From the human T2T-CHM13v2.0 reference genome, Homo sapiens: a stretch of DNA of 64,000 nt. The position numbers and the translations under genes were made by a program. A model generated the notes under the pieces. It had not been told where the DNA came from, made no database searches, and worked only from the letters and a program-made list of their open reading frames with translations. The stretch lies in assembly GCF_009914755.1 (NCBI RefSeq), contig NC_060946.1, one strand, 5' to 3'. Below, piece by piece: positions 41,195 through 56,584 of this stretch (positions within the stretch are counted from its first letter, which is position 1; every line of letters begins with the position of its first letter).

Positions 41195-41369
41195 ATCAAC
41201 AGGTCAAGGACGGAGGCCTGTGACAGATCCTTCTCCGACAGCCCCCCAAGGGAACCAAGTCTGCTGACACCTTGTTCAGGGACCTCTGGCCTCCAGAACT
41301 TCAAGACAACAAATTCCTATCACTTAACCACCCAGTATATTTTGTATGGCAGCCCTAGCACACTAATAG
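41195..41369 (+). mobile_element. MLT1B-D 3' LTR fragment
   Basis: CTGCTGACACCTTG..CTGGCCTCCAGAACT..ATGGCAGCCCTAGCACACTAATA. Confidence 0.8.
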
Positions 41370-42999
41370 AGATTTTGGTCTATGACATTTTTCTCTATAG
41401 CAAATCCAGTGGGTTACCAGCAAGGTCCAACTATTTATCACCCCTCACCCCGGGGCCTGGTGGGTCTCAGGTGAGGGGAGCCTGGCCTTTCTGGGAAGAA
41501 CAGGACCTGCACCTGCCCGCGAGGAGTCCTGGGGAGCCGGGATTCCCCAAGCACAGAGCACTGGCGTTGCCGCTGCGGAGACAGCCAGGCCCATTCTAAC
41601 AGTGACTTAGGGCTGATGTAACAACCCTCGTATTCTTTTAGTGTGGCCTGAAAGGTGCTATTAAACGGAATATTGAGATAAGGAAGTGGGAGTCGGGAAA
41701 GGTTAGAAACTATTTATTCAGATTTTCATAGGGCACTAAAATATCCTCACCCGCTGCTGCTCACGGCCCCTCCCTCCTCCCCAGCCTGGGCTCCCAGCAC
41801 ACAGGAAGCTCTGGGCTGTCACGCTGCCTCTCTGGCTGGCCGACCTCCTGTGGCAGCCTGGACCTGCGAAGAGCCTGGGTTCTGGGCGGGAGGGGATCTG
41901 GGACCGAATCTTACCCTGGCTTGCCGACCTGCACATTAACCGAGCTTTGGAGCTTGGGGAATGGTGGGGAACCAAGGACAGGGTGGGACGGTGCAGGGTG
42001 CATAGCAAGGGGCAAGGAGGACCAGTGCCCCTCCTCTCTCCCCAGAGCCCCCCCCAGGCAGGAGTGGGAGGTTCACAGTGTTGTCTTCCCACTGCACGCC
42101 CCTTACAGCCCCCCAGCTCCTCCCTCTCCCAAAGTCAGAATCCCAGGCTCACGGCTCTGCTGGCATACCTCTGATGGGAACCTGATTACCTCCTGCAGAT
42201 TTTCTCTCCCTTCTCCTCGGTCCCTCAGGGATCCTTCTGGAGGTAGAAGTCAACCCGTCTAACCAGCCTCCTCAAGAGGACCCCCAAAATCTGGCATTTA
42301 AAATCCAGGGGAAATCTCCCTCTTTCCTCCGCTGGAGATCCTTGCGGGAGAATGATGTCCAGGGAGGTAGATGGACTGTCAGCCCCACGAGGCAGGGTCT
42401 GTTGGTTTTACGCATTGCTGCTTCCCCAGCTCTTAGCAGAAGGCCTGGTGCATGGTGGGGCCACCAGAAGTGTTTGTGGCAGGCAGGAGCAGTGGAGAAA
42501 AACTAGGATTTGGCATGACACAGCTCTTGGTTCAAGACTGGTTCCTGTAACCTCCCTGAACCAGAGTGGTTTCATCTGCACAGTGAGGACTCGATGAGGC
42601 CGTGTATGTAGAACTCTCTGCATACGGTGGGCACAGATAAAGGCTGGTGTTCTTCCTCCCCTATGTCAGCCTCTCTCTTTTCTCCTTGGCAGCCCCGGAG
42701 AGCAGGTGGGTATCTGTGGATGGATACACTTCCCTGGTCATGGTTGGAAGTTCTGGGTGATTGGGGAGGATTGGCTGAAGGTGTGATTCTAGGTGATTCT
42801 GGAGGCAGTCACACACACTCTGGGACATGCAGCCGGATCTGCTGTGGGTGAGATAAGGAACCTGCCAGTTGGTTCTAACAGCAGCACAGAGGGGCAGAGG
42901 AGAACATTTCAGGACAGGGCAAGCACCTGTGCAAGGGCCCTGGGGCTAGTGGAAGCAGGTGAGTAGAGAGACTGGGGGTTGGGGTGGGAGGGTGTGGAG

Positions 43000-43407
43000 T
43001 GATATAGTTTGGATGTGTGTCCCCTCCAGATCTCATGAAATGTGCTCCCTAATGTCGGAGGTGGGGCCTGGTGGGAGGTGTTGGATCATGGGGTGGGTCC
43101 CTCATAGATGGCTTAGTGCCATCCCCTTGGTGATGAGTGAGCTCTCGCTCTGTAGTTCACGTGACAGCTGGTTGTTTAAAAGGAACCAGGCACCTCCATC
43201 TCTCTCTTGCACCCTCTCTCACCATGTAACATGCTGCCCCTCTTCACTTTCCTTTGTGATTGGAAGCTTCCTGAGGCCTCACCGGAAGCTGATACTGATG
43301 CCATGCTTCCTGCACCATCTGCAGAACTGTGAGCCAAATAAATCTCTTTTCTTTATAAGTTATCCGGTCTTGGGTATTTGTTTATAGCAACACAAAAAAT
43401 ACTAACA
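43000..43407 (+). mobile_element. MSTB-like MaLR solo LTR within L2
   Basis: TGATATAGTTTGGATG..ACTAACA; TSD TGGAG/TGGGG. Confidence 0.9.
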
Positions 43408-44319
43408 TGGGGGTGAGGTTGGAGCGGGGGGAAAGAAGGAGGAGTGGAGGAGACAAGGCTGGGGAACCTCAGGGGCCAGCCAGGAATGGCCAGGGGGCCG
43501 CGGCTCTTTGTTTGGATTTCCTTCTAAAGGCAATGAGAAGTGTATTCTAAGAAAACTGGGAAACTTTATAGGGATTTGAAGGAGAGGCCTGTAACAAGGA
43601 GGTTTGTGTTGAAGAACATTTCTTTGGCTGTAGTTAAGAGCTGAAGCACTGATCAGGGGCAAGAGTGGAGGCAGGGGGCCTAATTAAGAATTAAGAGCTG
43701 ATGGGGAGGGAGAGAAGGTGGTGGCCAGGCCTGGGGGTAGAGTCAAGGTACTGAACTCAATTCTGGGGCCCTGGAGCCCTGCTCAAGCCTAAGATGGGAG
43801 GGAGGAGGGGCTGCTGCTGCTCTGTGGCTGGGCTGAGTCCCTGTGGGCTGATCTGGAGGGGTTAGAAACAGCCTGGGGAATGTGGAGGTGCTGGCTCAGG
43901 CAGGCCCCGCCCCCAGATCAGGGAGGTCACTGGGGCCGGTTAATGACATGGCGCAGGACCCAGGGGCAGGCTGTTCTCTGGGGAACAGTGAGAGGGGGAA
44001 AAGGGCATATGTGAATATGTGTGCCCACACGTGTTAGCACAGTCTGTGACGATCTGTATGAGGGTGCACGTGGGTGGGCATGTGTGGGTGTGCCCGGTTG
44101 CAGATATATAAACATTTACATAGGCAATGCCTGACATCACTGCAGAAAGAATGTGACATCCTAGGGACAGCAAACTACAGTCCCTTTTTCTTGAGAATTA
44201 ACCCCACGGACAATGTGCAAAAGTCCTAAAATGCCCAGGAGTAAGAGAATACACACAGCAAGGCCCAAAGAAATCTGGTTTCACTGATGGGCATAATAAT
44301 AATTTGTTGTTGTTTTTAA

Positions 44320-46230
<1,911 letters not shown>

Positions 46231-49200
46231 TCACATGCCTGTTATTGGTCAGACACTGTGCTAAGTGCTCTTATAGATCACCTAAGTTGATCTATAAGAG
46301 CAATTGATCTTACAGATCATCTAAATTCCTCATCAACCAAAAGGAGATAGGTGCTGTGATCCCGCCCCACCTCCTTCCCCATGGATTAGGAAAATGGGGC
46401 TCAGAGAGGAGGAGTGACTTGTTCATTTGGGATTGGAACCAATTATCTCACTGGAGAGTTGGTGCAATTGATAAGGAAGCCACCTACCTCCATTGAAAGA
46501 TTATATATATTTTGTGGCTAACCCTACTTCTAGAAAGACCCTGGGGAGCTTCAAAGAGGTGCTGGCTTTGGAGCTGGGTTTTGAAGATGGAAAAGGTTTC
46601 TTCCCTCCCTCTTTCCATCTTTCCTTCCTTCCATATTTGAGTATGTGCTATGTGCCAGGAGTGTAGCGGTGGATGAGAGAAGCATGCTTCTTGCCCTCAT
46701 GAACTCATCTTAAGTCTGCAACAACACCACCATTATCCCCATTTAGCAGGTGTGGTGACTGAGGTGCTGATAACTTGGGCAAGGCCACCCGGCTAATCCA
46801 AGATGGAGACAGGACTGAAACTCAGTGCCATCCCACCTTGAACCTTCTGTCTGAGAGGGTTGCCTGCAAGGAACTGATGGGGATGCCCCAGGAGGGATGG
46901 GACCCCCAAATGAGAGCATGCAGAGTGGGTGCTGATGAGATGTGAGGATCACCCAGGAGCACTGCAGTAGGGCCTGGGTAGGAGGTGGGAAGAGGAACAG
47001 TGAGGACATCTCTGTATTTGGAGAAGCCGCCATGATGGAGTCAGCCAACCTCACACCTAATTCTGGGGTTCCCAGGATAGTGGAATTTCCTAACTCTTCT
47101 CTGCCCCGTTCCCTCACGGGAAGAAATTTGCCAGAGATCGTAATAGGCATGGGGGCAGACAGACCTGAATTCAAATGCTGGTTCTGGGTAAGTGATTTAA
47201 AACTGCAGATTTCTCATCAATGACATGGGCATAATAACACCAGCTTTCAAGTGAGAGCCTTGGGGGCTACTGAAGGTAAGTTACACATGCTTCGTAAACT
47301 GTAAAGTGTTGTGTGGATGTGAGGTTCTGGTCGTTATCTGTTCATGTGTCTGTCTTCACTACACACTTTGAGCACCCAGTGAGCAAAGCCCTTGTCTGAC
47401 TCCATCCTGTATACAGTTGGTGCTCAATAAATGTCAAAGGCATGACCCGTTGTGTGGGTTATAGTTCGTTTTGTTTATTCCCTTTGGGAATAGGTAGCTG
47501 ACTGTGACCTAGTCTGGGACTTCAGGAGTGTTTCCAAGATGATTACTAATAACAACAAGGTCAACAGCTTATTTTATGAAGCACTTTATATGTGTTTGGT
47601 TCATCTCATCCTCACAGCAACCCCATGATATATATACTGGTGTCATCCCTACTTTACAGATGAGGAAAGGGAGATGTTGTATTACTTGCCCAAGGTCACA
47701 CAGCACCTAAGTCGGGGAGGTGGGACTCAAATCTCAGTTTGGGTCTTTCCGACTCCCAAATGGGGCCCCCCCAACCACTGGGGGACCCTGCTGCCAAAGT
47801 TTCCTGTCCCCAGGCCTGGATAGAAGACAGAACAATGTGGAGTCTGTTGTCATCTGGGCACTCACATCCACTAATAATACAGTCAATTGCCCCTTTCAAA
47901 TTACAGTAAATGTTTCCCCCCTTTGAACAAATCATTTACCGCAACTGCAGAAAGAGTGTCCTGTTTACATGCAGGGCCAAAGGAATTCCAATCTGAGTCT
48001 AATTATCGATGCTGAAGCTTCTGTGGCCTTGGGAAAGAGCTGCCTAATTGCACCAATTAATACCTGCCACTCGTATGGGCTTCGTCAGGTTCAAGGTTTG
48101 GTTTTCTTCCTCTGCGGGTTGTGGGGACGAGACGGGTTAGTGCAGCCACTGCGGGTTCAGATCTCCAGACCATGGACTGGGTGCACAAAGGGATTTTGTT
48201 TTCAGGCTATTGCCATTTTTGGAGGGGGCAGCTTTATTTGGGGCCACCCAGGCACTTGGCCAGACCTCACCGTGGCAGGGACTGCCTTTTGCAGGAGAAT
48301 GAGGGGCCTGAGGGATGAGGTTTCCAGGTTTCCTGTTGCGACTCTGACTCACACTGAGATCCTCGGCAGGGCGGGTCTCCTGCTGGAGCCCCAGTTTCCC
48401 CATGCAGAAATGGGAAGATTTATGGGATCAGATGTAACATCTGCAATTGCAGTGCAAACCCAATGAGGCTAGACAGGCTGAGGAATTTTTACTAAAAACG
48501 GGAGGGCAGCAGTTGGGCGGCAGGTGACCCAGGCTCTAGCCTTGGCTCCACCTGTTACTTTCTGTGTAGCTTTAAAACAATACCTTTGCCTCTCTGAACC
48601 TCAATTTCCCCAGCTGCAAAATGGGGATGATTCCACCTTCTCTCTCTGATGCTTGTGTGGAAACCTTGCAAAGAACATCTTGGCCCATAAATATGGAGGC
48701 TGTGATCATCCCATGGTGCTGATGAGTTGCTTGATGAATTGCCGTATTGGAAGAGGAAAACCGTCAGGAACTGGCTGGGTGGCAGATAGGGTGCTGGGTG
48801 GGAGTGGGGAGGCAGAGAAAAGTTCATGGGCTTTTACATGAAACTGGGTTTGAATTTTACCTCCAACTCTTCTGAGCTCTGTGGTCTTTGATAATAACAA
48901 TTACAAGAATCTGTATTGATTTTTGCTGCGTATCAGGTATTGTGTGATAAGGTATCATTTTTATACCCGTTTTACAGATGAAGAGGCTGAGGCTCAGAGA
49001 GATCAAATAAGTTTCTCAAAGTGACACAGCCTGAGATTGGAAGAGCCAGGATTAGGTCCTAGTTCCCTGTGATTTCAGAGCCTGTGCATGCAGCTCTTAC
49101 ACCTTCCTACCTTCAGTTGCCTCAGTCTCCCCACCTGTATAAGGAGCTAATGGTAACTTCTTCCAAGCAAACAGGTTGCTAGGATTGGGCAAGATTAGTT

Positions 49201-50139
49201 ATATGAGACGGAAGGCCCATAGTGTGGCACCTGAGAGCCACATGGCCACAGAAGCTACAATTCTACATGAATGGTGTGGATTGGGAGACTCAGCCATTGT
49301 CTCACCCTCCCATTCATTTGAACTCCATAAGGACTGGTGGGAAACGTGGCTGTTTACTTTTCTAACAGGTAAAGCAGGGGAGTGGGTTGGGGCCATTTTC
49401 ATTCTCCCACAGCCCCCTTTGCTGAAGATTCCCAATCTTTGATTTCCCCAGCACCCCTGGGGTTTGCAGTCCCACCTGAGTGCGTTTGGGATTGTTTTCT
49501 GATGTGACATATTGTCACCGTGCATTATGTGTCATCAGCCCCACAAAGCAGCGACATCAGAGCCTGATGCCACACGATCGACAAAAAGATGTGGGTCCCC
49601 CAGGGGGTCTCGGGCCTTGACAGGAGCCCTGCCACTTCCCCCCACCTGCCTTCCACGCGGAGCCCCTCTTCTGCTTCTTGGCAAAGCCTACAAGGCCCCA
49701 AGGGGGTGGGACTCTGCAGGCAGGGCCTTGGCTCACATGGGGATGAGCTTGATGTCCTGGTGCCTGACACATGCCTTGTATGAGGTCCCCAAATTAAAAG
49801 AAACAAAGCTCCTTTGTCAAAGGCAGCCTGAGCCTGGTGGGGAGACATGGCAGAGCTCTGGAGTGCAGTGACTGACTGATTTCCTCTAATTACCGTTGGT
49901 TTAATATTTATAGGGTTGGTGCCAGAGGGCTGCAAGGGAGGTATTCAGCCCGAACGGCAGCTGTTGTAGGGCTTGGTGGAGGGCACTGAGCAGGGAAATG
50001 TCTGCTTGCATTTAGGGTCCCGGTGGATCAGACCCAACTGGTCTTTCCCTGGCGCCTTCCCGAAGCACAGAAAGCATCTATTTATGTAGTACAACCTATG
50101 TGCCCTGTGCTGGGCTTAACCCCTGACAGCTTGGAGGCC

Positions 50140-50395
50140 CCCAGGGCCAAGTAGTTCAAGGTGGGGGCTCTGGAGTCAGATGGACCTGAGTTTCTTATTC
50201 AAGTTTGACATATTCCTGGCTGTGTGCTCTTGGGTAATTGACCACACCTCTCTGAGCTTCAGTTCCCTTACCTATAAAATGGTGGTAACAATATGCCTCA
50301 CTCATATGATTGTTGTGAAGATCTAATGTAAAACACACAAGGTGCTTAACATTGCTAGCACATAGTTGTGTTCAATAAGTAGTAGCCATATCTAT
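50140..50395 (+). mobile_element. MIR, near full length
   Basis: GGCTCTGGAGTCAGA..CTCTCTGAGCTTCAGTT..ATTGTTGTGAAGAT..TCAATAAG. Confidence 0.85.
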
Positions 50396-50431
50396 GCTTC
50401 AATAGACATATACTTTGTAGGATGGAACCTC

Positions 50432-50720
50432 TGTATCAGCTAGCCATGTTCTCAATGATGCTGTGTAACAAACTGGCCCAAAACTTGGTGGCTTAAAACA
50501 ATCACTGTTTATTCTCATAGATTTGTGGTGTGGCTGAGGGTGGGTTCATCTAGACTGGACTCTGACGGGTGGCTCTGCTGGTCTTAGCTGGACTTGCTCA
50601 AGCAGCTGGGGCTCAACTCAATGGCTGGACTCTCTGTATAACTCTCTCCTACTTCTGGAACTAGCACTGACCTCAACATGTTCTTCTTTTGGCCTTGGCT
50701 CGGGTGTGGAACATTATTAT
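50432..50720 (-). mobile_element. MLT1 (H/I-like) LTR fragment
   Basis: GCTGTGTAACAAAC..CCAAAACTTGGTGGCTTAAAACAA. Confidence 0.72.
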
Positions 50721-51097
50721 TTCTGAATAGATATCGAATCTATCCTTCTCCCTAGCATTTCTGTGGGGGAGAAATTATCATTCCCATTTTCTTGATGGGG
50801 AAACAGATTCTGAGATAAGAAGCCACTGATGGTGGAGCTAAGATCTGAACATTGAAAAGACCACATTCTTCTCAACCACCAGATTCTCTGAGCCACCTTC
50901 AATTACAATAGCAGGTACCATTTATTAAACACCTACTATATGCCAAGTGCTTTGAATAAATTATCTTTTATCCAAAGACAACCTTTGGTACTGACATGCC
51001 CATTTTACAGATGGGAAAGCTGAGGCTCAGGAGCTGAATACATTGTCTAAGATCTCATAAGGAATAAGTAAGTGACAGACTCAAGACTGGAACACAC

Positions 51098-51250
51098 GGC
51101 CAGGAGTGGTGGCTCATGCCTGTCATCCCAGCACTTTGGGAGGGCTGAGGCAGGAGGATTGCTTTAGCCCAGGAGTTTAAGACTAGCATGGACAAGATAG
51201 TGAGACCTAGGTCTCTATCTTGAAAATAAAAATTAAAAAAAGTTTAAAAA
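51098..51250 (+). mobile_element. FLAM (free left Alu monomer) in a MIR
   Basis: Single monomer with GGAGGATTGCTTTAGCCCAGGAG and an A-rich tail. Confidence 0.87.
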
Positions 51251-53146
51251 AGATTAGAATGCAGATCTCTCTAACCCCATGCCAACATGCCTTTGTATTT
51301 GAGGTTCCCTTTGCCCGAACTGTCCTGGTCTCTCTTTGTCTCTGTCGCTTTCTGGAACCAGACTATATATTCATGACAATAATAAGTGTTCAGTAAATTA
51401 TAATGAATAATAGATACCATGTTTATAAACTGAGGTGGTTCCATCCCCATTTTAAGGATGGGGAAACGGAATCACCAAGAAGTGAGGTCTCTTGCCCAGG
51501 TCACAGAGCCAGAAGTGGTTCTGCAGCACAGAAATAGCCCTTGAACTCTGCTCTGCAATGCTGAGCTATTAAGATGGAGGTAAGTTGCTGTGTGTTGTGT
51601 AAGGACTTGGCTCTCTCTAGCTTCCCTTGCTCCTCCTTTTGGCCTGCCTACTCCCCATCTGATTAATTGATACCTTTCTGCACTGAGGTATCTGCCTCCA
51701 ACTGGCTGTCCTGTCTCCCACGCCTTTCCCTCTTCCATGAAAGCCTGCTTCTTCCATGTCCCATTGCTTGTGGTCTTGCTGGGGGCAGGAGCTTATCTGA
51801 CAAGGTAATGTGAGCCACCTTGGGGTGCAGGGCTGAGGATGGCATCTCTTATGAACTTCTCTCCTGACCCCCATGGAGCTAAACTGGGTGGATGTTCCCC
51901 TCCAGCTCCCTGAGCCTTGGTTCCCTCATCTGCAAGATGGGGAGAAACGTAGCTACTCAGAGGGTTGCTGTTAGTGTCAAATGTGCATGCAACTGTTTTT
52001 AGTACAGTGTCTGGCAAAGAGTAAGTGCTCAATAAATGTAAGCTATTGTTATTGTCAGTCAGGCCCTACAATATTTTTTTCACTTGGAGGAAAATAAAAA
52101 AAGCTAAAAATTATGGAAGCCAGCCGGCTGAAGTTCCTGAGCCATCATTCTGCAGCCTGAGAAATTATCTAAACTCCGTCACCGATTCAGGGATGCAGAG
52201 AGGAGGCAGAGACTCTAGAGAGGAATGGTGCCAATGTTCTGTTCAACACCCTTTTATTTTTTACAAGCTGAAGGTTCAAAGCTGCCCAGGGGTGCTGTCC
52301 TAGCCACACGGCCCATTACTGAGGGGCTGAGGCCATTCTTGTCAGTTTCCTCTTCCTCTCATGCCCCCTTGGGCTGTAGTTGGGGCTCTGTGTGGTGTCC
52401 CAGGGAATAGCAGCAGAGCTCTCCCTGAGTCGAGAGAGAGCCAGAGAAAACTGCCAAAGCAATTCTCAGCAAAATCCCTAGGGATGTGTGTCAAGGACAA
52501 AATAGTGTGTCCCATGGGTAAATACAGTTAACACAGCTGCAAAACAGAATTTATTTCTTGTTTGAGATATCATTTTTAAAGTATGGCATAGGGAGAGCTT
52601 TAAATATGAAATTATAGCTGGCAATAAAAGAACCTCATAGGCACTGTATTCAAATTATGCTGTAGTAATAGGCCAAGTTCATAAATAAACATTGCTTGTT
52701 AACCCTTTGCTGAGCGCCGTGGGCCAGGTGGCTGGGACAAGGTTGGGACAAGGTTGGGACAGGGCTGGGAGAGGCAGAAATGGCATGACCTTCCAAGTGT
52801 CCTTCGGGCTGCCCCCTCCAACTTTCTCCACCCAGCCTCTTCATTCTGGTGTTAAAGATCAACAGATTATTCTCTGATAAAATGAGAGGCCTGGACTATC
52901 TACTGGCTTTGCAGAAATGTACCACCCAGACCTCTGAGCTGGGAGTATTTTAGGATCTGAATTAAATAGGTCCATCCTAAAGCTCCCTGCATTTCTGACC
53001 TCCTCTTATTGTAATATTGTATATTATTATATTATATATTAATGTTATTGTGCTATATATACTTATTATAATACATAATAACGTTTTATAGGATATAGAC
53101 TCATTTGCTGTCTCTTGCTGTCTCTCTTTTGCATGACACTTCAGCA

Positions 53147-53334
53147 CAGTGCTTCTCAACCAGGAATCCTTCTGCTCTCAGTGAACACTCAGCAGTGTCT
53201 GGAGATAATTTTGGTCGTTGAAACTGAGAGGTGCTACTGGAATCTAGTGGGTGGAGGCCAGAGATGCTGCTCAATATCCCACAATGCATGGGACAGTACC
53301 CTCCTCCACAAAGAATGATTTGGTCTTAAATGTC
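53147..53334 (+). mobile_element. MER20 hAT MITE
   Basis: CAGTGCTTCTCAACC..GTGCTACTGGAATCTAGTGGGTGGAGGCCAGAGATGCTGCT. Confidence 0.9.
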
Positions 53335-54153
53335 TGCAAAAGAACTGTTGCCTGAGACAGCCAGCTTTCCCCTACTAGCTGTGCAGAGTCCGTCCTCCTC
53401 ACTGGGAGCTGGGCTGTCTGCCTTGCACTGCTGAATTTCTGTCCCTCAGCCTGGCACTTGGCACACAGTAGGTCTTCCCTAGGGGTTTGCTCAAAGATTT
53501 AATGAATTCATGGAACCTCTCCCCTTCCTGCTTCTTCACCTGACCAGCTCGGACCCTTCCTTTCGTTTTCAGCTTGGAGATTGCTTTCCCAGGAAGCATC
53601 CCCTGAGCCCCCTACTCTGGCGTTAAGTCCTCCTTCCCCCATTAGGCATTTCCATGATCCTCCTTGCTCTTCATGCTTGGATTGACTGGTTCATTGTTCA
53701 CATCTCAGGTGAAATGTCACCTCTTCAAAGCAGCCATCATGACTGCCTAGCCAATGTGGCCTTCCTTGGCTCAACTCTCTCATCCTCCTATTTGGTTTCC
53801 ATTGCAGCATTTATCAGTAGCTAAAATCATCTTGTTTATTATGGGCTGGGTCTTGGCCTCCATGGGGCCCCCACTGCCCTCTGTGGTCCTTGGACGAGAG
53901 TGACTGCACATGAAACACTCCCTGCATGAGTCACGGAGGGACAGAGAACAGGGAAGGCCCTCCTGCCCCCGCCACCCTCTCTCCTTCCTTTACATGTCCT
54001 GTTTGGTATCTGGAATCCTCAGGAGTCAACTTCCTTGGGATGTGAGAGATCACTGATCTCCCTCTCAGCTCTTAGTAACTTGCTGGGAGATGCTGACAAG
54101 TCACTTGCATGTCGATTGCAAAATGAAGGGGCTGGGACATCTGTGCTTCGTAA

Positions 54154-54198
54154 CTCTCTCTCTCTCTCTCTCTCTCTCATTCTCTCTCTCTCTCTCTC

Positions 54199-54244
<46 letters not shown>
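54154..54244. repeat. Compound (CT)n-(GT)21 microsatellite
   Basis: CT run 54154-54200 (one interruption) abutting GT run 54202-54244. Confidence 0.97.
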
Positions 54245-54245
<1 letters not shown>

Positions 54246-55817
54246 CATCACCTCCTAGGATCTTTCCTAAGAGACAAAGCCTGACCAACCCCAGGCCTGC
54301 AGAACCAGGTTCTCTAGGGAAGTGTGTGCCCTGGTTTGTGCTGATTACATTACTTGGTTGTAAAAACTCCCTTGGTAATCCAGATCCATGGCTTGGTTAA
54401 GAGCCAGAAAACCAGAGGATATCTAGGGCCCTTTCCAGCCCCAGCATTTGACATCTCTGTGATTTTAAGATGCCTGCCCTGGGCCGTTTATCTGAGTGAC
54501 TCTCTTCCTGGGCTCCCCTGGCACTATTGCTAATTTAATAGCATTTAATTTAATTTTAAAATGATTTGTTAAAAAAGGCTTGTTGCCGTAGAAGCCCCAA
54601 TGACCTCATTCCTCTTCTACCCTAAGGCTGGAAATACATCTTGTGGCTGAAGCCAGGCTTCTGGCCTCCAATGTCCCTTAGAGGTCCCACAGCTTTTTGT
54701 GAAAAATGCTGAGTTTGCTGTCCACCCATTGGGCGTAATTACCTTTCTTCTCTCCAGATCCCCCACGTGTTCCGATCCCAGGAGGAAAGAAAGGGCTGGA
54801 AAACCAGACCAAGTTAGAGAGCAACTCAGGAGCTGTTATCTCAGACAAAAGGAACAGCATAACTCAACACACTCACACACACACATATACACACACATGT
54901 GCATGCATGCACACACACATACACACATGGGCACACACAACTCATTCTTCCCCATTCTTTAGGAATAAGTGGCTATACCTGGTGCCTACATTTAGCGCTG
55001 GGCCCTCTCCTGGACATTTGAACCTATAGGAATACCCCATGGGTTTCTTTGCTCTTTTAAATTATTTTCTGTTCTGTAGTTGTTTTAACCCCATTTCACA
55101 TGTGACCAATTGTCGTAAGTCATCTTCCATTCATTTATTCATGTGCCAATTAATTAATTAATTAAAATCTTCCTTGCATCCACCATGTGGCTAATAGGAG
55201 GACAGACATAGTAGTGAGCTGCATAGGCTTGACCTCTTTGTCAAGAAGCAGAGAGCCCCGCCTAGGAGGAGAGACAGATAAAATGAGGAGGCCCTTTTGG
55301 GTAAATATAGGAAGAATATATGGAGCATAGAGGATGGGCAGGTAATCCCAGGTGTCTTGGGGGAAAGTAGTTCCAAAAGAATAATATGTCATCTGTCAGG
55401 ATGGTAGCCTTCAGCAAAAAGTCAGCATGGATGTAACACAATGGTGAAAGCTCAGATTCATCTGCAGTTGGAGTGGTGAAGAGAGCAAACTCTAGTCAAA
55501 TGAGGGGATTTGATATGCTTCACTCCCACTCCTGGCCCACAAACCCTTCTGTAGATGAATCTCCATGTTCCTTCCCTTCCACTAATTTAGTTCAAATCAG
55601 CCAGGTGAGCTCGGACACTCCAAGCTGAGAATGGAGGAGCCGCAATATGGTAGGAACTTGGGTCTCTACTACTTCTTGAAGGACAGTCACCCTAGAGAGT
55701 TGCCTGACCAGAAATGTCTGCATTGGACTTTTCATGAGCTAGAAATAGACATCTACCATAGTTGAGTCATTGATATTTTGAGGTTTGTTTGTTACATCAG
55801 CTGATATAACCTTAACT

Positions 55818-55993
55818 CATGGGCCCAAAGTCTCTTGCTGCTTGTGTCTACAAATTAAGTTTTATTAGGACAGCCTATGACTGTTTTCATGTTGTAACAG
55901 CAGAGTTGAGTAGTTGCAACAGAGACTGTATGATGTGCAAAGCCTAAAATATTTATGATCTGGCTCTTTGCAGAAAGCATCTATGGACCCCTG
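55818..55993 (-). mobile_element. MER58A inserted in the end of an MLT1J-like LTR (~55470-56006)
   Basis: GCAGAGTTGAGTAGTTGCAACAGAGAC..AAAGCCTAAAATATTTA; 8-bp TSD CCTTAACT/CTTTAACT. Confidence 0.87.
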
Positions 55994-56584
55994 CTTTAAC
56001 TAATACAACCAGCATTTGACAACACCAGAACCAGTCTAGGTTCTTCTCCTGGTTTCCAATACTGGTTTCTTTGAGCAGATCAGCGCCTCATGCTGACTTC
56101 TTGCTCTGACTTGGTTATGGTGTACTCTGCCCCTTTGGCCCCATTCCTTGGGCCCAAATAGTCTTTGTAAATTAGGCCCAGAGACTTAAATAAAGTGGCA
56201 ATCATTCTTCAGCCTCCCCAGTTGTGAGCTCTGATCTTCCAAATCATCTAGTCTAAGTCCTCAACTGTTCAGATATGGAAACTGACACACACAGAGAGAG
56301 GAGTAGATTTTGCCAGGCTCACTGAACCAGCCAGTGGTTGAGCAGTCCCACAAAGAAAGTGTGGGGGCAAATAAACTGCTTCCTGGATAAAAACAGCTAA
56401 TGTTTATTGTATGCTTGCTTCGGGCTAGGTACCCCTTCAGTCTTTCCAACAAACCTCAAAGGTGTATACTGCTGTTATCATCATCATCCCTCTCATTTTA
56501 CAGATGGAGAAACCGGGGCACGGAGAGAATTTAAGTTGCCCAAGGTCTGCTGTGTTGATGAAACTAGATTGAGCACAGCAGTAT

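Noticed and set aside
42974-42992. G-quadruplex motif (also the L1 G-tract ~14917-14938)
   Set aside because: Within repeat remnants, common genome-wide, and no further support.
52731-52772. 11-bp tandem GGTTGGGACAA-like repeat
   Set aside because: Short slippage repeat with nothing pointing to function.
55148-55167. (TAAT)n run resembling a homeodomain array
   Set aside because: Sits at a reverse L2 3' tail and is best explained as a mutated simple repeat.
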